Source of the DNA: a virus
Lineage: Duplodnaviria > Caudoviricetes
Length of the DNA stretch: 28,543 nucleotides
Direction: 5' to 3' (one strand)
Virus record (IMG/VR): IMGVR_UViG_3300028025_002856
Span: 1-28,543 of that record
Below are positions 1-7,078 of this stretch, in pieces (positions within the stretch are counted from its first letter, which is position 1; each line of letters starts with the position of its first letter). The position numbers and the translations under genes are program-made. A model generated the notes under the pieces. It made no database searches. It worked only from the letters and a program-made list of their open reading frames with translations, and was not told the DNA's origin.

Positions 1-224
1 AGAAGGCAATAAGCCTATTAGATACCGCACTAGATGTAGCACTAGACACCGCATACCTACGCGGTAGCCATGATGAACGCATAGAGTGGCTTGACTACCA
101 TGATGAACGCATGGTGCTAGATGAGGCTAACGACAGTATCTATGACCTAATGGTGGAGTTAAATATAGAAGCACCTATTGTAAGTTACCTATCCCTAATA
201 GAAGCAGAAAGCGAGCAAGCGTAA
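1..224 (+). CDS. Hypothetical protein, 5' truncated
   Basis: Hand translation from nt 3 (KAISLLDTALDVALDTAYLRGSHDER...AESEQA) is open to TAA 222-224, with a TAATG overlap into the next ORF. Not in the ORF track. Confidence 0.6.
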   Translation, partial: KAISLLDTALDVALDTAYLRGSHDERIEWLDYHDERMVLDEANDSIYDLMVELNIEAPIVSYLSLIEAESEQA

Positions 225-391
225 TGGACTACACGAAGGAGAACCTATACTCAATGGTAAATGCTATTGAGGAAGCCCGATACGAAGTTACTAACCCTAA
301 GTTAAAGGGTCGGTTGGGAGATATAGCAGACCTATTAGATAGCCTTATTGTAGAAGGCGTTATTGAGCGAGAGGTAGAGGAATATGCCTAA
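224..391 (+). CDS. Hypothetical 55-aa protein
   Basis: Hand translation MDYTKENLYSMVNAIEEARY...EVEEYA. Start overlaps the upstream stop and stop overlaps the next start. Confidence 0.65.
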   Translation: MDYTKENLYSMVNAIEEARYEVTNPKLKGRLGDIADLLDSLIVEGVIEREVEEYA

Positions 392-539
392 GTACGAAGT
401 AAGAGTTGTAGTAGATATGGGTACGACATGGGAAGCCACAACACCTGCGGAAGCACTACGCATGGCAGATGAGTGGGTGCGTGATGAGTACGGCGACCTA
501 GCCCATAAGTGCGACCTGATAGTGAAGGAGATAGCGTGA
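384..539 (+). CDS. Hypothetical 51-aa protein
   Basis: MPKYEVRVVVDMG...IVKEIA, with GAGG SD upstream and overlaps with both neighbours. Confidence 0.65.
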   Translation: MPKYEVRVVVDMGTTWEATTPAEALRMADEWVRDEYGDLAHKCDLIVKEIA

Positions 540-685
540 GTATCACAGAGTTATTAGATGAGTTAGATAGGCTTATTGAAGGACACCCGTTAGCATGCGG
601 TTGTGCTAATTGTCTTACTAGAGATACAATTACCGAAGTTATGTATCAAAGAAACCTAAGAACGGGAGTGTCTTACCATGTCTGA
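536..685 (+). CDS. Hypothetical 49-aa protein with HxxxCxCxxC metal-binding motif
   Basis: GTG start in a GTGA overlap, AAGGAG SD. Translation MSITELLDELDRLIEGHPLACGCANCL... Confidence 0.6.
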   Translation: MSITELLDELDRLIEGHPLACGCANCLTRDTITEVMYQRNLRTGVSYHV

Positions 686-1124
686 TGAGATTATCGGATA
701 CGACCATGAAGGTCACGAAATATATGAAGGCGAGATTATAGAGAACCTTGACGACGAGTTAGAGGAACTAAGCGACTTTTGGAAGTTGGTCGCCTTCCAC
801 TTACAGAATAATCTCAACCCACCCGTACCACTAAGCATGGTAGAAACATGTATTGAGGCTATTACACAGGCTAATGAAGGCGAGTGGAATAGTCTTATTA
901 CTTTGCCCGAAGGAACTAAATACAAAGGAGAGAATACAGCGACAGTAGAAACTATCGTTGAGAGTCACTACCTACAAGATTTTATTAAGACCGCAAGAGA
1001 AGTAGTTACTATTAAAGATGAGAACGGAACAGTTATTTATCAGGGTTATGGAACGCAATTAAACTTAGAACCCAATACTCCCATTACTGATGAGAACCTA
1101 GAAGATTTTGGAATTGAGAAATGA
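678..1124 (+). CDS. Acidic hypothetical protein (148 aa)
   Basis: ORF track; GGGAG SD; overlaps both neighbours. Confidence 0.75.
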   Translation: MSDEIIGYDHEGHEIYEGEIIENLDDELEELSDFWKLVAFHLQNNLNPPVPLSMVETCIEAITQANEGEWNSLITLPEGTKYKGENTATVETIVESHYLQDFIKTAREVVTIKDENGTVIYQGYGTQLNLEPNTPITDENLEDFGIEK

Positions 1125-1264
1125 GATGCGCCCGTTGTTTTATTGAGTATGATAACGGAGAGTTAATCGCACCCGAAGGCATGGATATTGACGAAGCAGT
1201 ATCAGTTGGACTAGCCTTTTGCGTGATGTGCTTAGTACCGCAGGGAAGTCCTGCGTCTATTTAA
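1121..1264 (+). CDS. 47-aa CxxC...CxxC zinc-finger microprotein
   Basis: ATGA overlap with upstream stop. MRCARCF...AFCVMCLVPQGSPASI. Confidence 0.6.
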   Translation: MRCARCFIEYDNGELIAPEGMDIDEAVSVGLAFCVMCLVPQGSPASI

Positions 1265-1278
1265 GGAGAGAGAGAGAT

Positions 1279-1389
1279 ATGTCTGACGACAAAGAGAGAA
1301 CATGCGGTTGTGAGAGTTGCGGTTGCGGAGAGAGCGAAGGGTTAAAGATAGAAAAGAAAGTCGTATCAGAAATGGACGGCGTAAGTTAA
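1279..1389 (+). CDS. 36-aa Cys-rich (CGCESCGC) microprotein
   Basis: AAGGAG SD. MSDDKERTCGCESCGCGESEGLK... The stop abuts the GTG of the next gene. Confidence 0.6.
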   Translation: MSDDKERTCGCESCGCGESEGLKIEKKVVSEMDGVS

Positions 1390-1818
1390 GTGCAGACCTT
1401 CCTGCCGTATGAGAGTTTTGAGAGAACCGCAAAGATATTAGACATGCGCCGACTCGGTAAGCAGAGAGTTGAGGCGTATCAGATTATGCGTGTGCTTAAC
1501 GGAGAGAGCGGAGAGAGAGGCGGTTGGCGTAACCACCCTGCCGTACTCATGTGGAGAGATAATCTCCCTGCCCTTTACGAGTATGGGCGCATAGTTTGTG
1601 TTGAGTGGCGCAGACGGGGCTATGTAGATAACCTACTAGACAAGTTCCCAGTTGAGCCTGTAACCTATCCTTCATGGCTAGGCGACCCCGACTTCCATAA
1701 GTCGCACCAAGCGAACCTAGTTAGGAAGTTACCCGAACACTATCGCAAGTATTTTCCAACGATTGACGAGAACCTTCCGTATGTTTGGCCTATCACTAAG
1801 GAGCAATTAAATGGCTAA
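1390..1818 (+). CDS. Pyrimidine-dimer DNA glycosylase/endonuclease V-like protein (MSMEG_6728 family)
   Basis: Signature MQTFLP...LDxRRLGKQRVEAYQI, GWRNHPAVLMW, EWRRRGY, PSWLGD..FHKSHQANLVRK..HY, PYVWP. Confidence 0.85.
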   Translation: MQTFLPYESFERTAKILDMRRLGKQRVEAYQIMRVLNGESGERGGWRNHPAVLMWRDNLPALYEYGRIVCVEWRRRGYVDNLLDKFPVEPVTYPSWLGDPDFHKSHQANLVRKLPEHYRKYFPTIDENLPYVWPITKEQLNG

Positions 1819-2104
1819 AAAAGTAAATGTAATCTTTGACGCAACACTTAAAAAGAACCCTGAAAAGGGTGGCGCATGGCTAGCCCGTGTTACTACCTAC
1901 GACGAAGGCATTGACGAAGGTAATGTTATTGTCTCAACCGCATGGAGTAACGCAAGCGCAGGTAAGCGTTGGATTAAAGAGCAGGTTATTAAGATGACTA
2001 CTAAGAAGTCTATTAAGATGACCGCATGCACCACAACACCACCAGACGCAAAGGGCAAGCCCATGGCGTTTGAGGGCAAAGTATTGTTTAAGAGAGAGAT
2101 TTAA
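1811..2104 (+). CDS. Basic hypothetical protein (97 aa)
   Basis: ORF track; AAGGAG SD; overlaps the upstream stop. Confidence 0.75.
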   Translation: MAKKVNVIFDATLKKNPEKGGAWLARVTTYDEGIDEGNVIVSTAWSNASAGKRWIKEQVIKMTTKKSIKMTACTTTPPDAKGKPMAFEGKVLFKREI

Positions 2105-2111
2105 GATAGAA

Positions 2112-2231
2112 ATGGCTACCTTCGGTTATTCTTTCGACCCTATTGTTCCTGACCCAGAGTGGGGCAGACCTTCACCTGATATTCCAGATGAAGAGATTTA
2201 TGATGACGACGAGTTAGAAGATGATGATTAA
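2112..2231 (+). CDS. 39-aa very acidic microprotein
   Basis: MATFGYSFDPIVPDPEWGRPSPDIPDEEIYDDDELEDDD. Fills the gap in the + strand gene chain. Confidence 0.55.
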   Translation: MATFGYSFDPIVPDPEWGRPSPDIPDEEIYDDDELEDDD

Positions 2232-2382
2232 AGATATAAGAGTTCGTAGTCCGTTTTATATTAAAGAGAGTAAGTTCGGGGATAGTGCCACGGTACAAGT
2301 CCTGTGCTATCACTGTGGTGGCACTTACCGCACACACCCTAATAATTTAAGAGCCCCTAATTACTGTAGTAAATGTAAATAA
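2221..2382 (+). CDS. 53-aa CxxC...CxxC zinc-finger microprotein
   Basis: MMIKDIRVRSPF...LCYHCGG...NYCSKCK; overlaps the upstream stop. Confidence 0.6.
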   Translation: MMIKDIRVRSPFYIKESKFGDSATVQVLCYHCGGTYRTHPNNLRAPNYCSKCK

Positions 2383-2390
2383 CTTAATAT

Positions 2391-2467
2391 AGGCGTCAAA
2401 GAGGTTTTTCATTGCTTCCTCTAAGGCTATTCATGACCCACCCCTTCGGATAGATAGACCTGCGCCT
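2391..2467 (+). ncRNA. Candidate structured small RNA (three-way junction)
   Basis: Outer stem AGGCG(2391-95)/CGCCT(2463-67). Hairpins AGAGG/CCTCT (2400-2422) and CTATTC/GGATAG (2427-2453). Found by eye only. Confidence 0.3.
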
Positions 2468-2477
2468 TACTAAATAA

Positions 2478-2514
2478 AGAGAGCCCCTAGTTTTCGGGTA
2501 ACTAGGGGCTCTCT
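2478..2514. terminator. Bidirectional intrinsic terminator between convergent arms
   Basis: Perfect 15-bp stem AGAGAGCCCCTAGTT/AACTAGGGGCTCTCT with a 7-nt loop, A-rich on the left and T-rich on the right. Confidence 0.85.
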
Positions 2515-2528
2515 ACTTTTATATTAGT

Positions 2529-4562
2529 TTAGGGCTTTGGTACTTCGCAGTAGTCGGTAGAGCAGTATTTTTCTCCGATGGCATCCGCTGCCATGCCCGC
2601 ATAGACATCTGTAAAGTCGATTGGCAGTAACTTCATAGTAGATTTTTCGTATTCATCTTTAGTTATCTGTGTATATGGCATTTGCGGGTAAGTCGCGTTC
2701 CCCATAGGTAGGAAGGAAACGGTTTTGAGTTGCCCGTCAAACATATGTAGCACTGTTCCCACGGCATCCTTTTCTTTGTCCGCGTCAAACGATACTGTAA
2801 CGCTTACGCTGTTGTCCGACCAATGGCGTTGAGCCATAGCGGCAAGAGAAGTTTTTTCATATATAGAAACATCTTTCTCACTGCGTAGTGCGGAGCTATG
2901 GATAGGGAAGAAGACTACAGAAGTTGTTTTTGGAGATTCCGAAGCCTTTTCTACTTTATAACCCGACGCTCTAAAGAGAGGTAGCATAGGGTCATCATTA
3001 GAAAAGCGGATTGCACGGTTAAAGTACTCTCCACCTGGCGTCCAGTGCACTCCAGGAGATTCTCCAGCAAGGATAGACACAGTTCCGCTTGGCTTCACAG
3101 TAGTAGTCTTAATAGATTCACGGATACCTAGCCACTCTGAGTATGTGCGGTCGTAGTCTTGGATAACTTTGTAACCAGAGTCCATCCACTCACGGAGAGT
3201 TGGCAAGCCCTTGCGGTCTGCAAAGTTAGCAACACCAGACATAGAAGTTCCAATGCGACGATTGCGTTGCATGATTGCGTTAGTTTCTTCCCAGTGAGTA
3301 GGAAGCAATGTCACGGTCTTTGCATACAGGTAAGCAAACTTAAGGGTTCGCTTGTAATCTTCAATAGAGTCGTGGCGGTTGAGGTAAGTTTCAACCAGAG
3401 TACAGCACTCAAAAGATTCCAATGATTGTTCGGCACACGGATTGTAACCAGATGCTCGATGGTCTTTGTTGTTGATAGGGTCAATAAGACGACCATACTG
3501 ACGGGTAATATCCATCCAGATAACCCCAGGCTCTCCGTTGAGAGCGATACCCTCAATGATTCCAGAGAAGTCGTCCCCAACCTTTACCTCAACAGAGTTG
3601 TTAGACATCCATGCCCAACCAGGAGAGGCAGGGTCATAGGAGTTGCGTTCAGGATATACGGCAGGGTTCTTTAAGTTTAAGAAGTCCTTATCGTCCAAAC
3701 GACCCATGAGAAGTTCTGCTGAGCGGCGGACGTTGCCAGAGACAACGCAGACACCGATGAGATTGCCTATATCCGCAATATCTTTGCGAGTTAACTTTTG
3801 AGTAGCCCGACCTTCAAATAGGTTAGAAATATAGTCGTGTAATTTAACGAGAGGCCCTGGACCAGCTGCAGTGCCGCCAAAGGTCTTGATTGGCTCTCCT
3901 TCAGGACGGATAAGTGTGTAATCAAATACCCATCTAGGCTGTTCTGGTTTTAAGTAGGAGTTAATCAACATACCTACTGAGTCCACCCATCCCTCGCGGG
4001 TATCTGGGATTTCCCAGACTTGGTGGTTAGCCTCATCTTTAGAAGGCTCGTAAATAGGGAAGTCCTTATCTGCACCCTTGTCATCAAAGCCAACACCCAC
4101 GCCTAACATTGACGCTTCCATTAGGAAGGTAAATGGCTTGGCAGGGTCTAACTTAGTCATGGAAGCAGTGGATACAAAAGAGCAGTTCTGAAGAGCCGCT
4201 GAGTTCTTCTGTTCATTCACTAGCGGAGTACCCATTACCCATAGTCCGCGACCTGGGGGAGTCCACTTTAAGTTAAACAAGCGGTCAAAGGCTTCTTTAG
4301 CCGAAGCCTGAGCTCGTGAGTCATTCCAAGGAAGACGCTGGGATTTGCAGTGGTCTTTCTGGATTGAGTACATGCCTTCGATTACTCGCTGGCAAACATC
4401 AGTCCATGTCTCCTTAGTTCCGTCAGCCTTTAGACGAGAGTAAGTGCGGAGAAAAGTAATCTCACCAACGGAATTACCGCCAGCATCTTTATAACCCCAA
4501 GGCACTTGTTTAGTCCGATATTCCTTTAGAAAGTCTTCGGCTAGTCGGAAAGATAGTGCCAT
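2529..4562 (-). CDS. nrdJ: Class II (adenosylcobalamin-dependent) ribonucleotide reductase, monomeric RTPR-like
   Basis: RTYSR, PPGRGLW, LQNC, GNVRRSA, GEPG, NPCAEQ (thiyl Cys), TTVKPSGT and C-terminal CSTDYC redox pair. No NrdB/F subunit adjacent. Confidence 0.93.
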   Translation of the reverse strand: MALSFRLAEDFLKEYRTKQVPWGYKDAGGNSVGEITFLRTYSRLKADGTKETWTDVCQRVIEGMYSIQKDHCKSQRLPWNDSRAQASAKEAFDRLFNLKWTPPGRGLWVMGTPLVNEQKNSAALQNCSFVSTASMTKLDPAKPFTFLMEASMLGVGVGFDDKGADKDFPIYEPSKDEANHQVWEIPDTREGWVDSVGMLINSYLKPEQPRWVFDYTLIRPEGEPIKTFGGTAAGPGPLVKLHDYISNLFEGRATQKLTRKDIADIGNLIGVCVVSGNVRRSAELLMGRLDDKDFLNLKNPAVYPERNSYDPASPGWAWMSNNSVEVKVGDDFSGIIEGIALNGEPGVIWMDITRQYGRLIDPINNKDHRASGYNPCAEQSLESFECCTLVETYLNRHDSIEDYKRTLKFAYLYAKTVTLLPTHWEETNAIMQRNRRIGTSMSGVANFADRKGLPTLREWMDSGYKVIQDYDRTYSEWLGIRESIKTTTVKPSGTVSILAGESPGVHWTPGGEYFNRAIRFSNDDPMLPLFRASGYKVEKASESPKTTSVVFFPIHSSALRSEKDVSIYEKTSLAAMAQRHWSDNSVSVTVSFDADKEKDAVGTVLHMFDGQLKTVSFLPMGNATYPQMPYTQITKDEYEKSTMKLLPIDFTDVYAGMAADAIGEKYCSTDYCEVPKP

Positions 4563-4592
4563 GTGTTCTCCATTCGTGGGGGTGGGTCGTAT

Positions 4593-4618
4593 AGTGTAGC
4601 CATGAGTTACAGCCGATT
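4593..4618 (-). promoter_or_regulatory. nrdJ promoter, -10 TACACT preceded by AATCG-N3-GTAACTCA motif
   Basis: Minus strand AATCGGCTGTAACTCATGGCTACACT; near-identical copy at 8271-8295. Confidence 0.6.
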
Positions 4619-4650
4619 TCCGACTGTGTTATTTCATATTAAATTGTGCC

Positions 4651-4668
4651 TTATTATCATGATAATAA
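4651..4668. repeat. Perfect 18-bp palindrome TTATTATCATGATAATAA
   Basis: Self-complementary. Its first 15 nt recur exactly at 5297-5311. Confidence 0.8.
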
Positions 4669-4671
4669 AAC

Positions 4672-6126
4672 TTACTTATCTTCAGTTAAGTCCTTGATAA
4701 TCTTGGTTGTTTCAGACTCATTTAGCCCGCCGTCTGGCAGTTCTTTTAGTGCCTGAGCCTTGTCTCCGAAGATGGAAGATAGCACACCTGAAGAGCCTTG
4801 ACGCTCCACGGTCATGCGAATAAACTCACGTGAATCGTCCAATTCTTTGGTTGTCTTTATAAGTTTGAATAGGCGGTCAATCTCCTGAGAAACGTTAGGG
4901 TCAGCGTATCCACCGTTCATTTCTTCAGCAAAACGCATAAAAGCAACGCGTTGTCCCTGCATTTCGATGATTGCGTTGATAAGACCTTTGAGTTGGTCTT
5001 TGGTCTTTACCTCGATAGGTAACTTAAAAGCACACGCACTTTGAGGCTTGTAAGCAGGGCAGTTAGAAGCAATAAAGCATGTATCGCATGCCCTAATTGA
5101 AGTCGCTTGGGACGAGATATGGATAGCGTCACTGATGACTCCATCGGCATCTACATCGGTCTTTATCTCGTATCCGAAGACGGGTAAATTACCCATTTCT
5201 TCTGGATTTCGTGGATTAAGTTTCCGCATCTGGATACCCTTATTATCAGCATTGGTAGGGGTCAGTTCCGCGTTATCGGACATGTTAGTTTCATCGTTAT
5301 TATCATGATAAGAGTCGCCCACTTTATTTATCCTAACCTCAAACTGTTCGTATGACCATACTGCAAGGCGACACACTTCTTGTGGGTCATCTTCAGCAAT
5401 TTTATCTGAATCTATGCCAGCCTTCTCATATACGTGGTTGTATCGTGAGCGAGCCTGTTCCTTCATACGCTTGGGATAGCGCATAAGCCTAGTACCGTCC
5501 CAGACAATAGTTTCCCCGTGCATCATTGGCGATAACCATGAAAGGGTGCTGGCGGTCTCAAACGGGATTGAGCGTAGGTTGTCTGGCTTGGCACAGCCTA
5601 GCGCATGGAAGCGGTTTCCATCTCGCTTAGCCATAAGTCTTGTCACTGAAGCTAAACGTGTCTCTACGTCGATTACATCGCCTGGTATGCCTATATCTAG
5701 GTACTTATTTCCCATGGCTTGTAAAGTTTCTAACTTAGAATCAGGGTTCCAAACAGGTAAAAACTTACCTGGCGGCACCTGGGCCCAGACTGTGCGGCGC
5801 TGCTCCTCCACGAAGGCTGGGTCAACAAATGAGGAATTAATCTCAGCAAATATAGATATGCGGTCAATGTTGAGGGCAATCATATGTTCGTAGGCGGCAG
5901 CAAACTCCTCGAGCTCTACCCTGGACATGTTGATGTTTTTAGGTAGCCCTGGGTACACATAAATATAGGAATCCTTGGAGAAGTAGTTCTCTAATAGATA
6001 TTCCTTGGTTTTAGGTAATCCGCGTTTTACTAGACCATAGAAGCTCAGGCCCACATGGTTAGCTGTAGTCGACTCTAGCAGTGTGCGGTTACTTGGAATC
6101 TCACATCCCAAATATACAATCCGCAT
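4672..6126 (-). CDS. TGT/DpdA-like TIM-barrel domain (catalytic residues apparently lost) fused to Cx2Cx5Cx8C and helical C-terminal domain
   Basis: Ordered motifs IVYLG, VGLSFY, IYVYPG, FAEIN, FLPVWN, YLDIGIPG, FHALG, PFETASTLSWL..HGE parallel phage TGT-like proteins. Cys347/350/356/365 follow. Confidence 0.6.
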   Translation of the reverse strand: MRIVYLGCEIPSNRTLLESTTANHVGLSFYGLVKRGLPKTKEYLLENYFSKDSYIYVYPGLPKNINMSRVELEEFAAAYEHMIALNIDRISIFAEINSSFVDPAFVEEQRRTVWAQVPPGKFLPVWNPDSKLETLQAMGNKYLDIGIPGDVIDVETRLASVTRLMAKRDGNRFHALGCAKPDNLRSIPFETASTLSWLSPMMHGETIVWDGTRLMRYPKRMKEQARSRYNHVYEKAGIDSDKIAEDDPQEVCRLAVWSYEQFEVRINKVGDSYHDNNDETNMSDNAELTPTNADNKGIQMRKLNPRNPEEMGNLPVFGYEIKTDVDADGVISDAIHISSQATSIRACDTCFIASNCPAYKPQSACAFKLPIEVKTKDQLKGLINAIIEMQGQRVAFMRFAEEMNGGYADPNVSQEIDRLFKLIKTTKELDDSREFIRMTVERQGSSGVLSSIFGDKAQALKELPDGGLNESETTKIIKDLTEDK

Positions 6127-6599
6127 TACAGGGTCTTTTCAAATACCAAAATGCGTCGTTCACCCAGTTCACTGCCAGCAACAGCTGTCCAGAGGCGGCG
6201 GGTGTAGTAATCCTCGTTGGATGCATCTGTCCAAATATAGGCTTTCTCGTACTTAAGTTCTTTTAATTTAACTAGGGCCATTTCTAGCAAATAGTTGCCA
6301 ACACCCTGGTTTCTGAAGTCTTCAGCTACGTATAGGTTGCCAACCCAGGGATTAAAATCCCAACCATCCATGGCTGGTTCAGACTCTATAGTTATAACCC
6401 CAGCTAATTCCCCATTTAACTTTGCAATATAGGTGCGAGGTAGACCCTCTGTGTTCTTGGCATGTGCTTCAAACTCAGATTGGAAATCGTCCCCATCAAA
6501 AATATCTGGGTACTGTGTGCCCCAGTAGGCTTGGTTCCAACTAGCCACAATGTAAATAGTTTTTGGGTCATCTTGTAGGGGTTCAAATGTTAATCTCAT
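6126..6599 (-). CDS. GNAT-family acetyltransferase
   Basis: Motif A PWVGNLYVAEDFRNQGVGNYLL; AYIWTD..EDYYTRRLW. Confidence 0.9.
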   Translation of the reverse strand: MRLTFEPLQDDPKTIYIVASWNQAYWGTQYPDIFDGDDFQSEFEAHAKNTEGLPRTYIAKLNGELAGVITIESEPAMDGWDFNPWVGNLYVAEDFRNQGVGNYLLEMALVKLKELKYEKAYIWTDASNEDYYTRRLWTAVAGSELGERRILVFEKTL

Positions 6600-7057
6600 A
6601 GTATTCGTTCATCCTCCTGGTATTGGTCCTGTTGGCGCTCTAGTTCTGTTGCTATATCAGACCATGAGCGAACGCCTTTTCGACTATCTGGTCTAAAATC
6701 TTCTTTTGCATAAGTAGGATTAAGAAAAACTAATGTAGTAATTCCTTTTTCCAACAATTTGCATGTTAAATCAGGGTCGGATGTTATCACATACTCTACT
6801 GGGCCTTGGGACTTCACCCACTCCACCTGACGTAGTTTAGGGAAATCACCTGGGGCTGGTACATCTGCAATATCAACCAAGTCATCCATATTGTTAATAC
6901 GGTGTTGACGAAGCCAGTGGTCGCTTTTTTCTTTGTCTTCACACATGACCAAGACTCTGTTTTTTTCTTTTAATATTCTGTACAGAGCCATGCCGTCAGC
7001 AATTGGAAAGGCTTTTTCGTTGCGAAGAACGCCCTCCATGAAAATTAAAATTGCCAC
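6596..7057 (-). CDS. HAD-superfamily-like protein, degenerate motif I
   Basis: ILIFMEGVL in place of hhhDxDGVL; RVLVMC strand, HWLRQH, K, YVITSDP, GITTLVF. Resembles capless phage HAD/PNK-phosphatase folds. Confidence 0.55.
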   Translation of the reverse strand: MAILIFMEGVLRNEKAFPIADGMALYRILKEKNRVLVMCEDKEKSDHWLRQHRINNMDDLVDIADVPAPGDFPKLRQVEWVKSQGPVEYVITSDPDLTCKLLEKGITTLVFLNPTYAKEDFRPDSRKGVRSWSDIATELERQQDQYQEDERIL

Positions 7058-7078
7058 GATTAGTGCTCCTTATTAGTA

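Noticed and set aside
4651-4668. Fur box
   Set aside because: The half-sites are in the opposite order (ATTATCA-TGATAAT) to the Fur 7-1-7 arrangement.
4563-4671. Cobalamin riboswitch or NrdR box upstream of nrdJ
   Set aside because: The predicted leader is only about 25 nt. No B12-box or NrdR consensus was recognised.
4672-6126. Active DpdA 7-deazaguanine DNA modification system
   Set aside because: Catalytic Asp positions appear substituted and no preQ0 biosynthesis genes are in the window. Kept only as a pseudo-enzyme hypothesis.
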